From Entomortierella parvispora E1425 (taxonomy: Eukaryota > Fungi > Mortierellomycota): DNA of 64,000 bases. Shown one piece after another: positions 21,107 to 32,234 of this stretch. The stretch spans positions 2,480,001 through 2,544,000 of the forward strand of contig BQFW01000012.1 of the NCBI GenBank assembly GCA_020891255.1, in the 5' to 3' direction. Position 1 is the first letter of the stretch. Every line of letters starts with the position of its first letter. Below the pieces are notes generated by a model. That model saw nothing but the letters and a program-made list of their open reading frames with translations. It searched no databases and was not told where the DNA came from. The position numbers and the translations under genes were made by a program.

Positions 21107-22725
21107 ATGGTATTAAGGGGGACATTGCAGCTGAGCTTGGACAGGATGTGCCCAGCCCCAAGGACCCATGGTCCATCGATCCATCAATCTCAACAGGAGT
21201 GGCATCAACCCGACGTATCCATCATCCATCATCCTCCGTCTTGCAGGGAGGCTATTGTCGAAAAATACCGAGAGAAAAGGATCTTGATCGCATTCATTTC
21301 AGCAGACATGGATGAGCATGGACGAAAAAACTCTTCAATTCAGACACCAATGTCAAAAACAGAGGCATCATGAGGGACCTCTGATCCCATCCCCAAACCC
21401 GGAATGCAAACATACAAATATACCAGTCAACGTTATACCAGGATCGACATCTCTAGTGCTACAGGATTTCAATCGCAGGAAGGAAAAGCAGAAATGCAAG
21501 GCGAAACTTTCATCAACCTGTCTGCGATGAATCCATCATCAAATCTCAACACTCCCCAACAGCAACTGCAGAGAGCTCCATGAGGACCCTTATCTTTGAC
21601 CAGCATACACTGGAGGCCAACCACAGAAAGAGGGCACTTGGGAGTTCAACAAGCTCTTATATGACAAGGTCGCTAACAGGACCTTTCGTTTTCTCTTCTA
21701 ATAGCGCACTCCTACTTTCCAGCGTGTCGTCGAGGTTGGCCGTGTCGTCATGGTCAACTATGGCCCCGATGCCGGCAAGCTCGCCGTCATTGTCGATATC
21801 ATTGACCACAACCGCGTATGTTGTCCTACCTTGCTATCATTTTTTCTTTCTTCAGCACTATTTTACACAAGGACACCGGAAGTGCCTTCTACGCTGGAGC
21901 AGGAAAACTGAACAATACTCGGGAGAGACTATTCGCCTGTGGAACCTTTGACTGACATCAGATCTGATGAGAGAGATCTATTCTGGAGGGATGGAGTGGG
22001 ATGGATGTGATCTGATCCTGTTTTCAGCGACATCGACAGGATCTAGATTGCTTTAGAGCTTTTACAGATTCATGGGAAAGGAGATCAGCCAATCGTCTGA
22101 GAGACAACTTCCAGACTGATTTGTGAGCATCCAAGTTGATGCTAGAGATGTCTTTTCCATGTACTGTTTTTCTGGACCCTGACAGCCATATGGACCAGCA
22201 CAATCCTGAAAACTATCTCAGGATCTCAGGAAACCAAAGGACTTTTTCAACTGCAGAAGAGACATCGATATCTGACCGAACGCCGCATTCTTTTCTAATA
22301 GGCTCTCGTTGAGGGTCCCACCACCGGCATTGCCCGCGGTGCCTACGCTTTCCGTCGCTTGACTTTGACCCCCTTGGTCGTCAAGGTTCCCCGCAACGCT
22401 GGCCAGACCGTCCTTAAGGCTGCCATTGAGAAGCAGGACCTCGCTGGCTCCTGGGCCAAGACTTCCTGGGCCAAGAAGATCCAGTCCCGTGCCACCCGCG
22501 CTTCCAACACTGACTTTGACCGCTTCAAGCTCATGAAGTACAAGAAGCTCGTAAGTCAAATTTTTAATATCTTGCCATTTTTGATATGGAATTAACAGCA
22601 ACTGGGAGCCTGGGAAGATGCCAATGCTCGTTCGATCATTTGGACTAACCAACCTTTTGCCTTTTTTTTCTTCTCTACAGCGCCGCGAGATTGTCAACAA
22701 GGCCGTCAAGACCATCAAGGCTTAA
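21107..22725 (+). CDS. RPL14: 60S ribosomal protein L14 (eL14)
   Basis: Secure exons 21705-21815 ([37 protein letters not shown]), 22302-22550 (ALVEGP...DFDRFKLM) and 22681-22725. The start codon is inferred at 21107-21109 (ATG|GTATTA); an alternative is ATG at 21016. Confidence 0.95.
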
Positions 22726-24321
22726 ATGTCTTTTTGATTCGAAAACGGAACCATGTCGACAAAATGTCAGCAAAGAAAAAAATAAAGCATTGTGATGGAT
22801 CGTATTCAATCACTCTTGTTACAAAAAAAAATAGATACTCAGGATGAATAGCCTTGTCAGTCTCAGGAACCAATCTCTCCCAATTCTTTTTCTTTGAGAA
22901 AGAAGACTCGATCGCTTCTTTGACAACATGGATGCGGCCTTGACAACTATTTTTTTTTAACGAGCAGAACTCTTTACCAAGGCGATCAGTCGGTGTGTTT
23001 TTTGCAGTGCGCGCCAGTTTCATCTTGGTAGCCTTGTTCTATCCTCTATGATGTAAATTCCTCCGATTGGTTGTAGAAAAACACGGGCAAGTGAGATAGT
23101 CCAAGCGCCAGGCCAAAGAAACCGATTTCCTCAAGTAAGAAGCAAGGTACTCTCCAGCACAGGAGAGAGAGTCCACAGAGGTGATCATATTGCTGCCCTC
23201 AACGTGACTGAACAGCCGCTGTACCATCCACTTTACCGAAAAAAGTCTTACACAGGGCTGCTCGTGCCCCCCACAACGCTGCCAAGAATGTCTGCCTGAG
23301 ATCAGGAATGGAGCCGGTTGTCATTGGGTGCATGGATGTCTATCCAACTCTCGGCCCAAGATACGGAGCGAGGGTTGCGCTTTGTGCTCTATATATCTTT
23401 ATACCATAATTCTTGTGTCTCGGCTTGAGGAGGCACCCATCGGTCCGTGCCAACTATCCCGGCTGGCAATGAATGACATGCAACAAGAAGAAAAAAAAAG
23501 TTCGACTGGACGGTCCTGAACAATCGAAAAAATGTCATGGGATCAACAGACCAACGGCTCCTCCCTCCCCAACTTTCATTTTACAAGTGGGGGCCTTAGA
23601 TGTTCTATGAGGCCACAAGACATGGGCGTAAAGGCTAGGACACAAAGGGAGTTGAGAAACAGAGCGGTCCCTTTTGTAATGCAAGAGTCCATTGGAAGGG
23701 AGGAAAGCGCTCTCTCATAAGGTTTTCTCATCATGCGATCACAAACCCATTCAACAGGGCACTCTGTTGGATGGTTTGTTCGTCGTACAGTCAAAAGAGC
23801 AATAACTTTTTCCTTCCTCCCTCCCTCTCTCTGCGGCGCAGGGGGAGGAGCGGACAACTGGGAAAGGAAGATTGCGTGGTGTGGGGCCAAGATGAAAAGG
23901 AGCACTTTTCCGGATTTCGGATTTTCAAACGACGACCAGGCCCGAGTGTGGGGTAGAAAGTCTGTTCTCAACAACGTCAAGGGTTCATTCATTTTGAAGG
24001 GAGCTGTTCCTTCTCATGATCGTTTTCATTTGGATGTGGGGTTCTTTTTTTTTTATTCGTTTCTAGTTTCTATTCACAGAACAGGAAGAGAAGGAATCTG
24101 GAAGGAGAGAGAGACGAGCTTGGAGGACAGGGGGGACAGAACCGACACTGGTCCTTGCCCTTTTCCTTTTGTCACTCGGGGGTTTCGTTTTTGGACAGGG
24201 GGGGTTTTTTTCGTTATATACAAAGGGTTGGAGAGTGGAGAGAAGAGGAGAGAAGAAGGGTTCCTGTCTGCGACATGGGGAGGAAAAAAGGGAACACCAG
24301 AATGTAGGCGAAGTTGTATCT

Positions 24322-24798
24322 TTACGCCTTCTTGAGCTGTTCAGCCTTTTCCTTGCGCTCCTGCCAGAACTCCTTGTTGGGCGACCAGAGCTATGGAAGA
24401 GTGGAGGGAGACAAACAAGAGTTAGGAAGAGAAAGAAATGGCGCTTTAAGGAAAGGCCTGGGGAAAGGGTACGTTGCGTGTTCTTGTTGCTGTTGCCTCT
24501 TTTTTTTTACCTTGGCGTTCTCGTGGGGCTGGATGCGTTGCCATGGCTTTTGAGGAGCAGACTTGTTGATAATGACATCGGGTCCGTTGGCCAAGCAGTG
24601 GCCGATATAACTAGAATGGTGTGTCCAAAGGTGAAAGGAGAGTGTGTGAGTACTCTTCTTGTCTCGTGAGGGCTCGGAGGTTGTGAAGACCCAAAGTTCC
24701 TGGACTTACGCAATGCCTCCGACGATACCTCCGCCTCCAAAGAGGAAGAGAGGAGCGAGAGCAGGGTTAGCCTTGACGAGAGAGATGACGCCGGACAT
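24322..24798 (-). CDS. NDUFA4/MLRQ (B12D)-family small mitochondrial membrane subunit, 85 aa
   Basis: Exons 24798-24710, 24610-24511 and 24390-24322 join to give MSGVISLVKANPALAPLFLFGGGGIVGGIAYIGHCLANGPDVIINKSAPQKPWQRIQPHENAKLWSPNKEFWQERKEKAEQLKKA. The P-L-x-PLF, single TM, PDV and PW pattern fits the MLRQ family. Confidence 0.82.
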
Positions 24799-25799
24799 GA
24801 TTGTGTTTGTTTTAAGAGTGGAGAGGAAGAGGAAAGGGGAGAGCAAAGAGTGGTTGTGTTGAGGATTGAAGAGAAGAAGAAGAAGAAAGAAAAAAAAAAG
24901 GAGAACAAAGCGCCATTGCTGTCTCCTTTTATACCAACGCAAGTAGGCCATGGGCCGAAGGAGCAAGAGTGGGAGCGTGTGCAAAAAACAAAAAACAAAA
25001 GAGGACGCCTCCCCACAAGGTGGGGAACAGTGGAGAGTTGTAACAAACAAGAGGAGAGTAGGGTGCCATTGGACGTTGGTCTAGTACGACCGTGCCAGTT
25101 ATGAATGTTGGTGGGTCTATCGGCCAAGTCCATCTGCCTGTCGAGGCCATTGACGTGTCCACTAGCAGACGCAGACAGTGGACTAGGTTCTTTGGCCCTG
25201 CAGGGAAGGAGAGGGAAAGAAAGAGAGGACGAGAGCCAGTCAGGGATTGTGACCAGCCGACAGGGCAAAGGAAGGATAGGATGCGCGCTTGATTGCACTT
25301 TGCTGCTGGGATGCCAATCGGTGCTCTCTCTCCCTCTCTTTTTTTCATGTCATTATTGTCTTTATCGATTTTGCCTTTGTACATCATCTATTAACTCACA
25401 CGTAAAGAACCAGGGAGGAAGGGGCGGAGCCAGGCACAAGAAACAGGGTCTCTCGGTTCCACCACTCCATGACGACGATCGAGATATAGATAGACAAGAC
25501 ATGACCAGACTGGGCAGACTCGCACCCATCCACACGCGTGTCCCTAGACTCAAAAGTCCGCCCAGGCACAGACAGACAGACACCACCAGGCACAGACATA
25601 GACACAGAGCGACAGGTGGACAGGTGGACAGGCAGAGACAGACAAGCCAAGACGGGCAAAGAGGATGTGAGCGCAACTCTTACTAGCGGAGACCCAAGTG
25701 AGTCGACAGGATGACAGAGAAGAGTGAAGAAAGAAGAGCGAAGAGACGAAAGAGAAGAAAAGAGAGGACGGAGAGTGGATGCACACGGACAGATAGACA

Positions 25800-25831
<32 letters not shown>

Positions 25832-26076
25832 CAGACAGAGAGAGAGAGAGAGCAACCACGGCATCAACCAACTGCAGCCAATCTGCGCCAGAAAGAGAGC
25901 AAAGATGTCCACGTTCGTTCGTCTGTCCCCTCAACATCCAAGTCAAGTCAGCCAGGGGGGAACGAACGAACGAACGAACGGACCTCTGTTTGTTTGTTCA
26001 CCTTTCCACCTTGTCGCCTTCTCACCTCATCCTTCAGCTCTCTTGTCTTTCTACTTTCTTTGCCTCTCTCTCTTTC

Positions 26077-26114
<38 letters not shown>

Positions 26115-26410
26115 CTTCCTTCCTTCCTTCCCTCTTTCCTTCATCACCTTGCATCCCTCCATTCATTCATTCATTCACCCACCCACTCTCTCACCACACT
26201 CACTCACTCTCCCACTGATTGAATTCAGTGTCCTCTCTCCCCTGCCCACACACCCCTTCCTCCCTTTGTCCCGCCGACCTATCGCCGCACTGTGCGGTCA
26301 ATCCTAATTTCCTTATTTCTTTTATTTCGTCTCCCTCCTCCTCCCTCCTCCTCCTTCCTCCTCCCCCCAACAATAATCTCTCCCTCATCCAATCCATTTG
26401 ATTCGTCGCC

Positions 26411-29151
26411 ATGATCAACACCATCGTGGCCCGTCTTATCCATGTCGTCATGTTCATCATTGCCGCAGGGGTAAGCCCGATTCGCACCACCCGACCGACA
26501 GCTCTCGGCCCTGCCCGCACGCCGTCTGTGCCACCCTCTCGATGCACTGGCAGCAAACGCAAAGTCAGGCACCAACGGACTAACTTTGTCGCCACTCATT
26601 CTTCCTTCTATTCATGTATCTCTTCTCGCTGTATAACTGTCTATCGTGTACATCGGTCCACCGGTCCATCTGCCTGTCTATCCGTCCATAGACCTGCGGC
26701 TGCATCGTTGCAGAGCTGAGTAGGTGTCTCTTCCTCTTTATCCCTTTCCGCCCTTTTCCCCTCGATCGTTTGATGCCCGTCAGGGCATGCCCATGATGCC
26801 ATCCATGGCTTTGAACGTGTGATGTCTTTTCCTTCCACGCTGACCTTCAATACTCCCCTTTCTCGCTCTCTCTCTCCCCCCGCGATCTTTCTCATTGCAG
26901 TCACGACAAAGAAGAATCAGGGCGGATACGACTACACATGGGCTACCTACTACCTCCTCACTGTCAGTAAGTACTGCCCAACCTTTTTTAACTCAATGGA
27001 ATCCTCGGTCAAGGACGGCGGATGGCTGAATAGAGTTGCACGCTCGATAAGAGCATCGGGACCAGAAGACCAAAAGAGAGCACCACAGCATCCCCGCGCC
27101 CCCCCTGGGTACACTATCTTACAGTAGAGCACCTGGGCTTTTCCATACTCGTTCGAGCAAGAACGGCCGTTGCAGGCCTCATTTCACATGGGTTCCCGAC
27201 ACCGCAGAGACCGTGGCTGCTGACTATCCGAGAAAGTCAAGGAATGAAGGGAAAAACGCACGCACACAACGCTCAAACCCCTGCTGTTCCCGCGTTTGCC
27301 TCTCCCTTTGCGCCCTGGGCTTTGCTTTTTTTAGATTCAAGAAAACAAAAAGGCCTTTTTTTTAAAACTCTTCGCCCTTTGCCCTGGCACCCACGCTAAC
27401 ACGCCCTTCTCTTCATCCCTGAAAACAGCCTCCATTGGGGCTTTGCAGACCCTGCTTTGGATCTTCCAGTCTAGGATATACGAGAATGGTCGCCCGTCGG
27501 TCCAGGAATGTGTCTTTAATGGCGTCCTCACCCTGTTGCTCGGATTCGCGTTCGCCTGGCAGTTGTACCAGACCCTGGCCAATTCTTCCCCGTTGCCCTT
27601 TCTGTGCAGTACCGATTCCTTTGACATGACGATACGCTGCCGATTGTGGCAGTCTGGGCTCGTAGGATGTGGTGTCAGTGCGTTGATGTACTTTGCAATG
27701 ACCATTTTCTGCATCATTCTCTTCCGAAGCCGGCCCCTTGTTCTGAAAGAGCTCCCTGAAGATTTCATCTTGAGCACCCCTGCGACAGTGTCGGCCGCCA
27801 TCGCGAAACAGGATGCAGACCAGCGGGAACGCGATCGAAAGGAGGCGGAGGCAGAGCAACGATCCATGCAGGATCGACAGGCGCAACAGCAGAGACAGTT
27901 CTCTCAGCGTCCTATCATGCAATCTAGACCAAGCAACCAGTACATGCTCCAGCATCAACAGTCGCAGCAGCCAATGTTGCCCCAGAGCGCCCGTAGTAAT
28001 ACAGGCCAACTCAGGAGTCAGAACTCGGGATATAATCTTGGCCAGGACCCCTACGTAAGCGAGAATCTTTTTACTCTCCCTTTGTCCATGGGTTGTTTCA
28101 CGCGCGTTCTCTAACCCCTCCCCTTTCTCCTCTTCTGACCCATCACCTCCCTTTGTTGTCTCTACAATGTTAAACTACCTAGCAACGAGTCCCCGTCCAA
28201 AGCAACTATTCAGATACCACGGGCGAATCTTACTACAACGAAAGTTACGCTTTCCAGCAGCAGTCGCCCTACGACGCTGCATACCAGCACCCCAATGCCG
28301 CTCGATCAACCTCGCCTTTGGCCATGAACGGATATGGTGCCGACGCCTCTGCTGGATATATGGAAGCCCCCGGCACCTCCAATGGTCAATATACCGGTTA
28401 TGGAGACTATGCTTACGGACACTTTAACCCTGCCGAGACATTTGATGACCCGACATCTCAGGAGGCTCAGGCCCATTTGGCCTACGCAAATCAATTGAAG
28501 GAGCAACAGCTGTACCATCAGAATATGGCCGATGTTCTGACCAAGCAGCAGCAGCAGAGACAGCAATCGAGGATGCAACAGCAACAGCGCCAAAACTCAA
28601 AGCAGGAGGATGAGTTGCAGCAGCCACCTCAGCGATTCCCTCCCGCCTCAGGATCAACTGCCAGTCTTTACACACCACCCCCCTCCACCGGCGCTCAGAA
28701 CAACTCTATCATCCCACCCTTGCCTGTTCGTGCTTCTACCTCAAGTTCAAACGGACGACCTGAAGTAGAACAACAACATCAGCAGCAGTATGGAGCAAGC
28801 ACTTCTGTGAATGCTCTTACAGGCATGATGACCCCTCCCTCCAACTTTAGCAGTTCTCGAATTGCAGGAAGTCCCCAACTGTATTCGGATCAGCTCACAG
28901 TGGCGGAATCCCATTACTCGGATGATCGGCACAAGGAGAACCTGTTGGGCGATCTCAGAAGGAATCGAGGCGGGAACGATGCTGATGGTGCTCAAGACTC
29001 TGAGGAAATGGAGAGCTTGCAGGGATACAAGGTTCCGCTTTCGCAGTACGGAGGAAACGCGGACCCAAGACATGCGGGATCGAGCAATAATCTTCGTCAT
29101 AACAGCTCAGGGTACACTCCTCCACCTCGCTCAAGTACTTCACGGTCTTAG
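26411..29151 (+). CDS. Four-TM MARVEL-like membrane protein with a long Gln-rich disordered tail (about 582 aa)
   Basis: Exons 26411-26470, 26692-26719, 26901-26966, 27429-28054 and 28183-29151 with consistent phases. Four hydrophobic helices lie in the first about 170 aa, with two Cys in the last loop. The family assignment is inferred from topology only. Confidence 0.72.
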
Positions 29152-29910
29152 GCTCTGAAAACAAAAACGAATTTGAGAAAAGGAAATTGGATCATTCGGC
29201 CCTGGGGACCTTTGCCTCTTTTACCCTTTGCCCTCCTTGTACCATGGTCCTTTCATTCGTACATGATCCGATATACACCCCTTCCACCACTGCATTTTGA
29301 ACTAAATCCATCCATATATACGCCACCTTCCCCCCATATATTAAAATAATAAAGCAATCGTGAGTGTATAGTAGCAAATATGAATGGTCTGACAGTCCAC
29401 CCTCCAGCAAAGCTGATCTGATCCCTCTGTCTTTATCTGATGATTACGTGCAACAATGGGCCAACGGTTCAAACACAGATTGCGATCTAGACTTTCACTA
29501 GAGGAAAAGCGCGTCAAAAAAGAACAAAACGTGTCCTGTTTTTCCACTGTTTGGTGGCACCCTCTCTCAACAAGTCCATCGTCATCGTCACACCAAAGGA
29601 GAGACCCGTGGCTCTGTGCCTGCCCAGCAACATATTCCTGGAATTCATGCAGGCCCATGTTGCTGCAGAGCCACCCAATCACAACACACACCCACAAATC
29701 TCTTTTCCTCCGCCCGACCTAGCTCGACCCCATGTCTTCTTTTTTTTCTGAACTGGGCTAAGGGGAGGAACGTTTCTCCTCTTTCTTTCTTTCTTTCCTT
29801 TCTCTTTCCTTTCTCTTTCCTTTTTTTCCTTCTTCCTCATATCCTTGCCCGACCCCTGTCACTTCTTTCCTTCTTCCCCTTCTTTTCACCCAAAAACTTT
29901 TTTTACCACG

Positions 29911-30318
29911 ATGAGCGACAACAAGAGCTGGACCAAGACCTTGAAAGAAGTCTTTACTGGTAGCAAACCATCCACCGAGACGCAGGACAATGGACGCCAC
30001 TCGAGCAACGATCTCCAGCAACAGAGACAGGAGAGCCAGAGTCAATTGCAAGACGAGGCTCCTCGTCGTGAGGAGCGTGTTCAGCCTCCACAGCAACAGC
30101 CTCCACAGGTACAGCAGGAGCAGCAGCAATATCAGCAACAACAACAGCAGCAGCAGCAGCAATATCAGCAACAACAACAGCAGCAGCAGCAGCAGCTCCC
30201 AGAACCAACACCTGAAGTCGCTTATGATTACAATGCAGGTCAGGACTCGTCCACCTCCACGTCCTCGTCCAGTGGCGATGCTATCGACCTAGTTTCCCAG
30301 ATGGCCACGGGTCTTTGA
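29911..30318 (+). CDS. Hypothetical small Gln-rich protein (135 aa)
   Basis: ATG at 29911 follows a CT-rich leader. Single exon, MSDNKSWTKTLKEVFTG...MATGL. The poly-Q tract contains a perfect 33-nt tandem duplication (30121-30186). Confidence 0.65.
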   Translation: MSDNKSWTKTLKEVFTGSKPSTETQDNGRHSSNDLQQQRQESQSQLQDEAPRREERVQPPQQQPPQVQQEQQQYQQQQQQQQQQYQQQQQQQQQQLPEPTPEVAYDYNAGQDSSTSTSSSSGDAIDLVSQMATGL

Positions 30319-30596
30319 AGACAAGACAAGAAAAGAAGGTTGAGCCCAAAGAGAGACCCACCAGCGTAGACACAGAAAAGGCCCAAACAAAGAACAAGGG
30401 CATGCTACATCCTATAGCCGACTTTTAGCTCTTTATAAAAAAAAGAGAAGCGACAAACGAACCATTGCGTCGCTCTCAACATCCTCTCTCTCAATGACCA
30501 CAAATGTGTTTCATTCATCATTCATCCATTCACTTTTTTGACAATGGTGAGAGCATTTTATTGTTGTTTTTGCCTGGCTTTATTATTTTTTATTGC

Positions 30597-31089
30597 TCAC
30601 TGATCCCGAAGCCGGGTGACAAGGGTCTGGATGTTCTCCAGGTGCCCACCTTCTGCATGGGCCAAGGTTTCGACACCGTGTACGAACTGAAGCACAGGGT
30701 AGGATTTGAAGTTGGCAAAACAGTTTCCTTCCAGGATAGCTCTGCATTCAAACAAGTGCAGGACGATATGGGTCCCATGGGTCATCTTGAGCACCTCTTC
30801 TTCCACCGTCTTGCAATCGCTAAAAGAAAAAGAAAAAGAAAAAAAAAAAAAAAGTGAGTTGCGCGTGTTTGCGAGTTCATCTTGCTACTCTTCTTTTCCT
30901 ACCACCCCCTTTTCTTTTTCCTTTCTTTCCTTTCTCTTTCCTGCTCTTCATTTTTTTTCTCCTCGGGCAAAAACAAGAGGCTTACTCTTCGCCCTCATAA
31001 TAATAAAAGATGATGATCTTTCTCTGCTTGTTGTCGGCGTTTCTGAGGAGAGCCATGTACTCGTCGTAGCAACTTATAATACGGCGCAT
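30597..31089 (-). CDS. Atypical thioredoxin-fold protein, 108 aa, lacking the CxxC motif
   Basis: Exon 1 is 31089-30986, then a GTAAG...TAG intron (30985-30820), then exon 2 at 30819-30597; phases match. By eye the sequence aligns along the full length of thioredoxin (KIIIFYYYEGEDDCK; FKSYPVLQF; EGGHLENIQTLV). Confidence 0.72.
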
Positions 31090-31389
31090 GTGGGGGGACA
31101 GATGGAGGAATTCTTGCGGGGAATGGTAGGGTATGAAAAGGTTGGACGACCGTTGGGAGGGAAGATCGAACTGTGGCTACAACACCTGCTTTTTAAAAGG
31201 ATTCGTGCAACATCGGGCTGCGGTAGCTATTCCTCAATGTTGTGGTCAAAAGATGTTGCTCAGGCGGCGTGGCTGCGGCACTACTACGACAAAGGGTGTC
31301 TAAGGCACCTCTGTGCTCACTCCCAGAGAACCATGCCCACCTTCAGCAAGAAGCCTCATCACACTCACACACACATACACACACCCACC

Positions 31390-31511
<122 letters not shown>

Positions 31512-31703
31512 GAAAAAGGACAAAGAACGCGTACCATCACGCGGAGCGCGTTCTGAAACAACACCAGGATCGACGTTTGAGTGGTCTCTGTTTTTTTTCC
31601 AATGTGAAAAAAACACGATACGCTTCCAAGAGCCCCTTTTTTTGTTCAGATGAGGTTCGACTGGGGTTGATTGGGGTTGCCTTCAAGGCTGTCAATACCT
31701 TTA

Positions 31704-31933
31704 TTGACCGAGTTAAACCTAGTTAACTTGACCGATTAATCGATATGACCGACCCCATTGACCGGGTTAACTCAATGACCAATTGACCAAATTTGACAGA
31801 TTAATCGATTAATCGATTAATCGTTCGATTGACCCATGGACCAAGTTAACCCAACCAATTAATCGATTGGCCCATTGACCAATTAATCGATTAATCGTTC
31901 AATTGACCCACGGACCCAGTTGACCCATTGACT
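31704..31933. repeat. Array of nine same-orientation TTGAC(C/T) hexamers interleaved with ATCGATTA/GTTAAC palindromes
   Basis: TTGACY at 31704, 31728, 31758, 31783, 31829, 31875, 31903, 31920 and 31928. There is an about 45-nt imperfect direct repeat with 74-nt period (31809 vs 31883). Confidence 0.9.
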
Positions 31934-32234
31934 GGTGGATGGCCGACAAGATAGGAAAGAAAGAAAACGCGGCAATCCTTCCAAGACTGGACTATCAACA
32001 CAAGGCAACATTCCCCGATCAATCACCAACAAACTCCCAATCACCCACATCCCTCGAAATTCAATGAAAAAAAAGCGTCTTTAATGTCTGCTTTTGCCTG
32101 TGAGGTCTATGATGATATATATTTGTCGGTTTATCTTCTTTATACAATCCTGTTCTGTCCAATGTCTTTTTTGTTTCCATGGAGTCCAGGGTTCTTTGAA
32201 AGGTGTGATCCCTCTCCTTCATTTCTTTTTTTTT

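Noticed and set aside
21960-22120. C/D snoRNA suggested by CTGATGA and many CTGA in the RPL14 intron
   Set aside because: The C box is imperfect and I could not identify a terminal stem or rRNA guide. It is kept only as an alternative explanation for the structured region.
25700-26200. AG-rich tract followed by a CT-rich tract that could form a long hairpin or triplex (similar at 60128-60270)
   Set aside because: The complementarity is explained by simple microsatellites that occur in most intergenic regions here.
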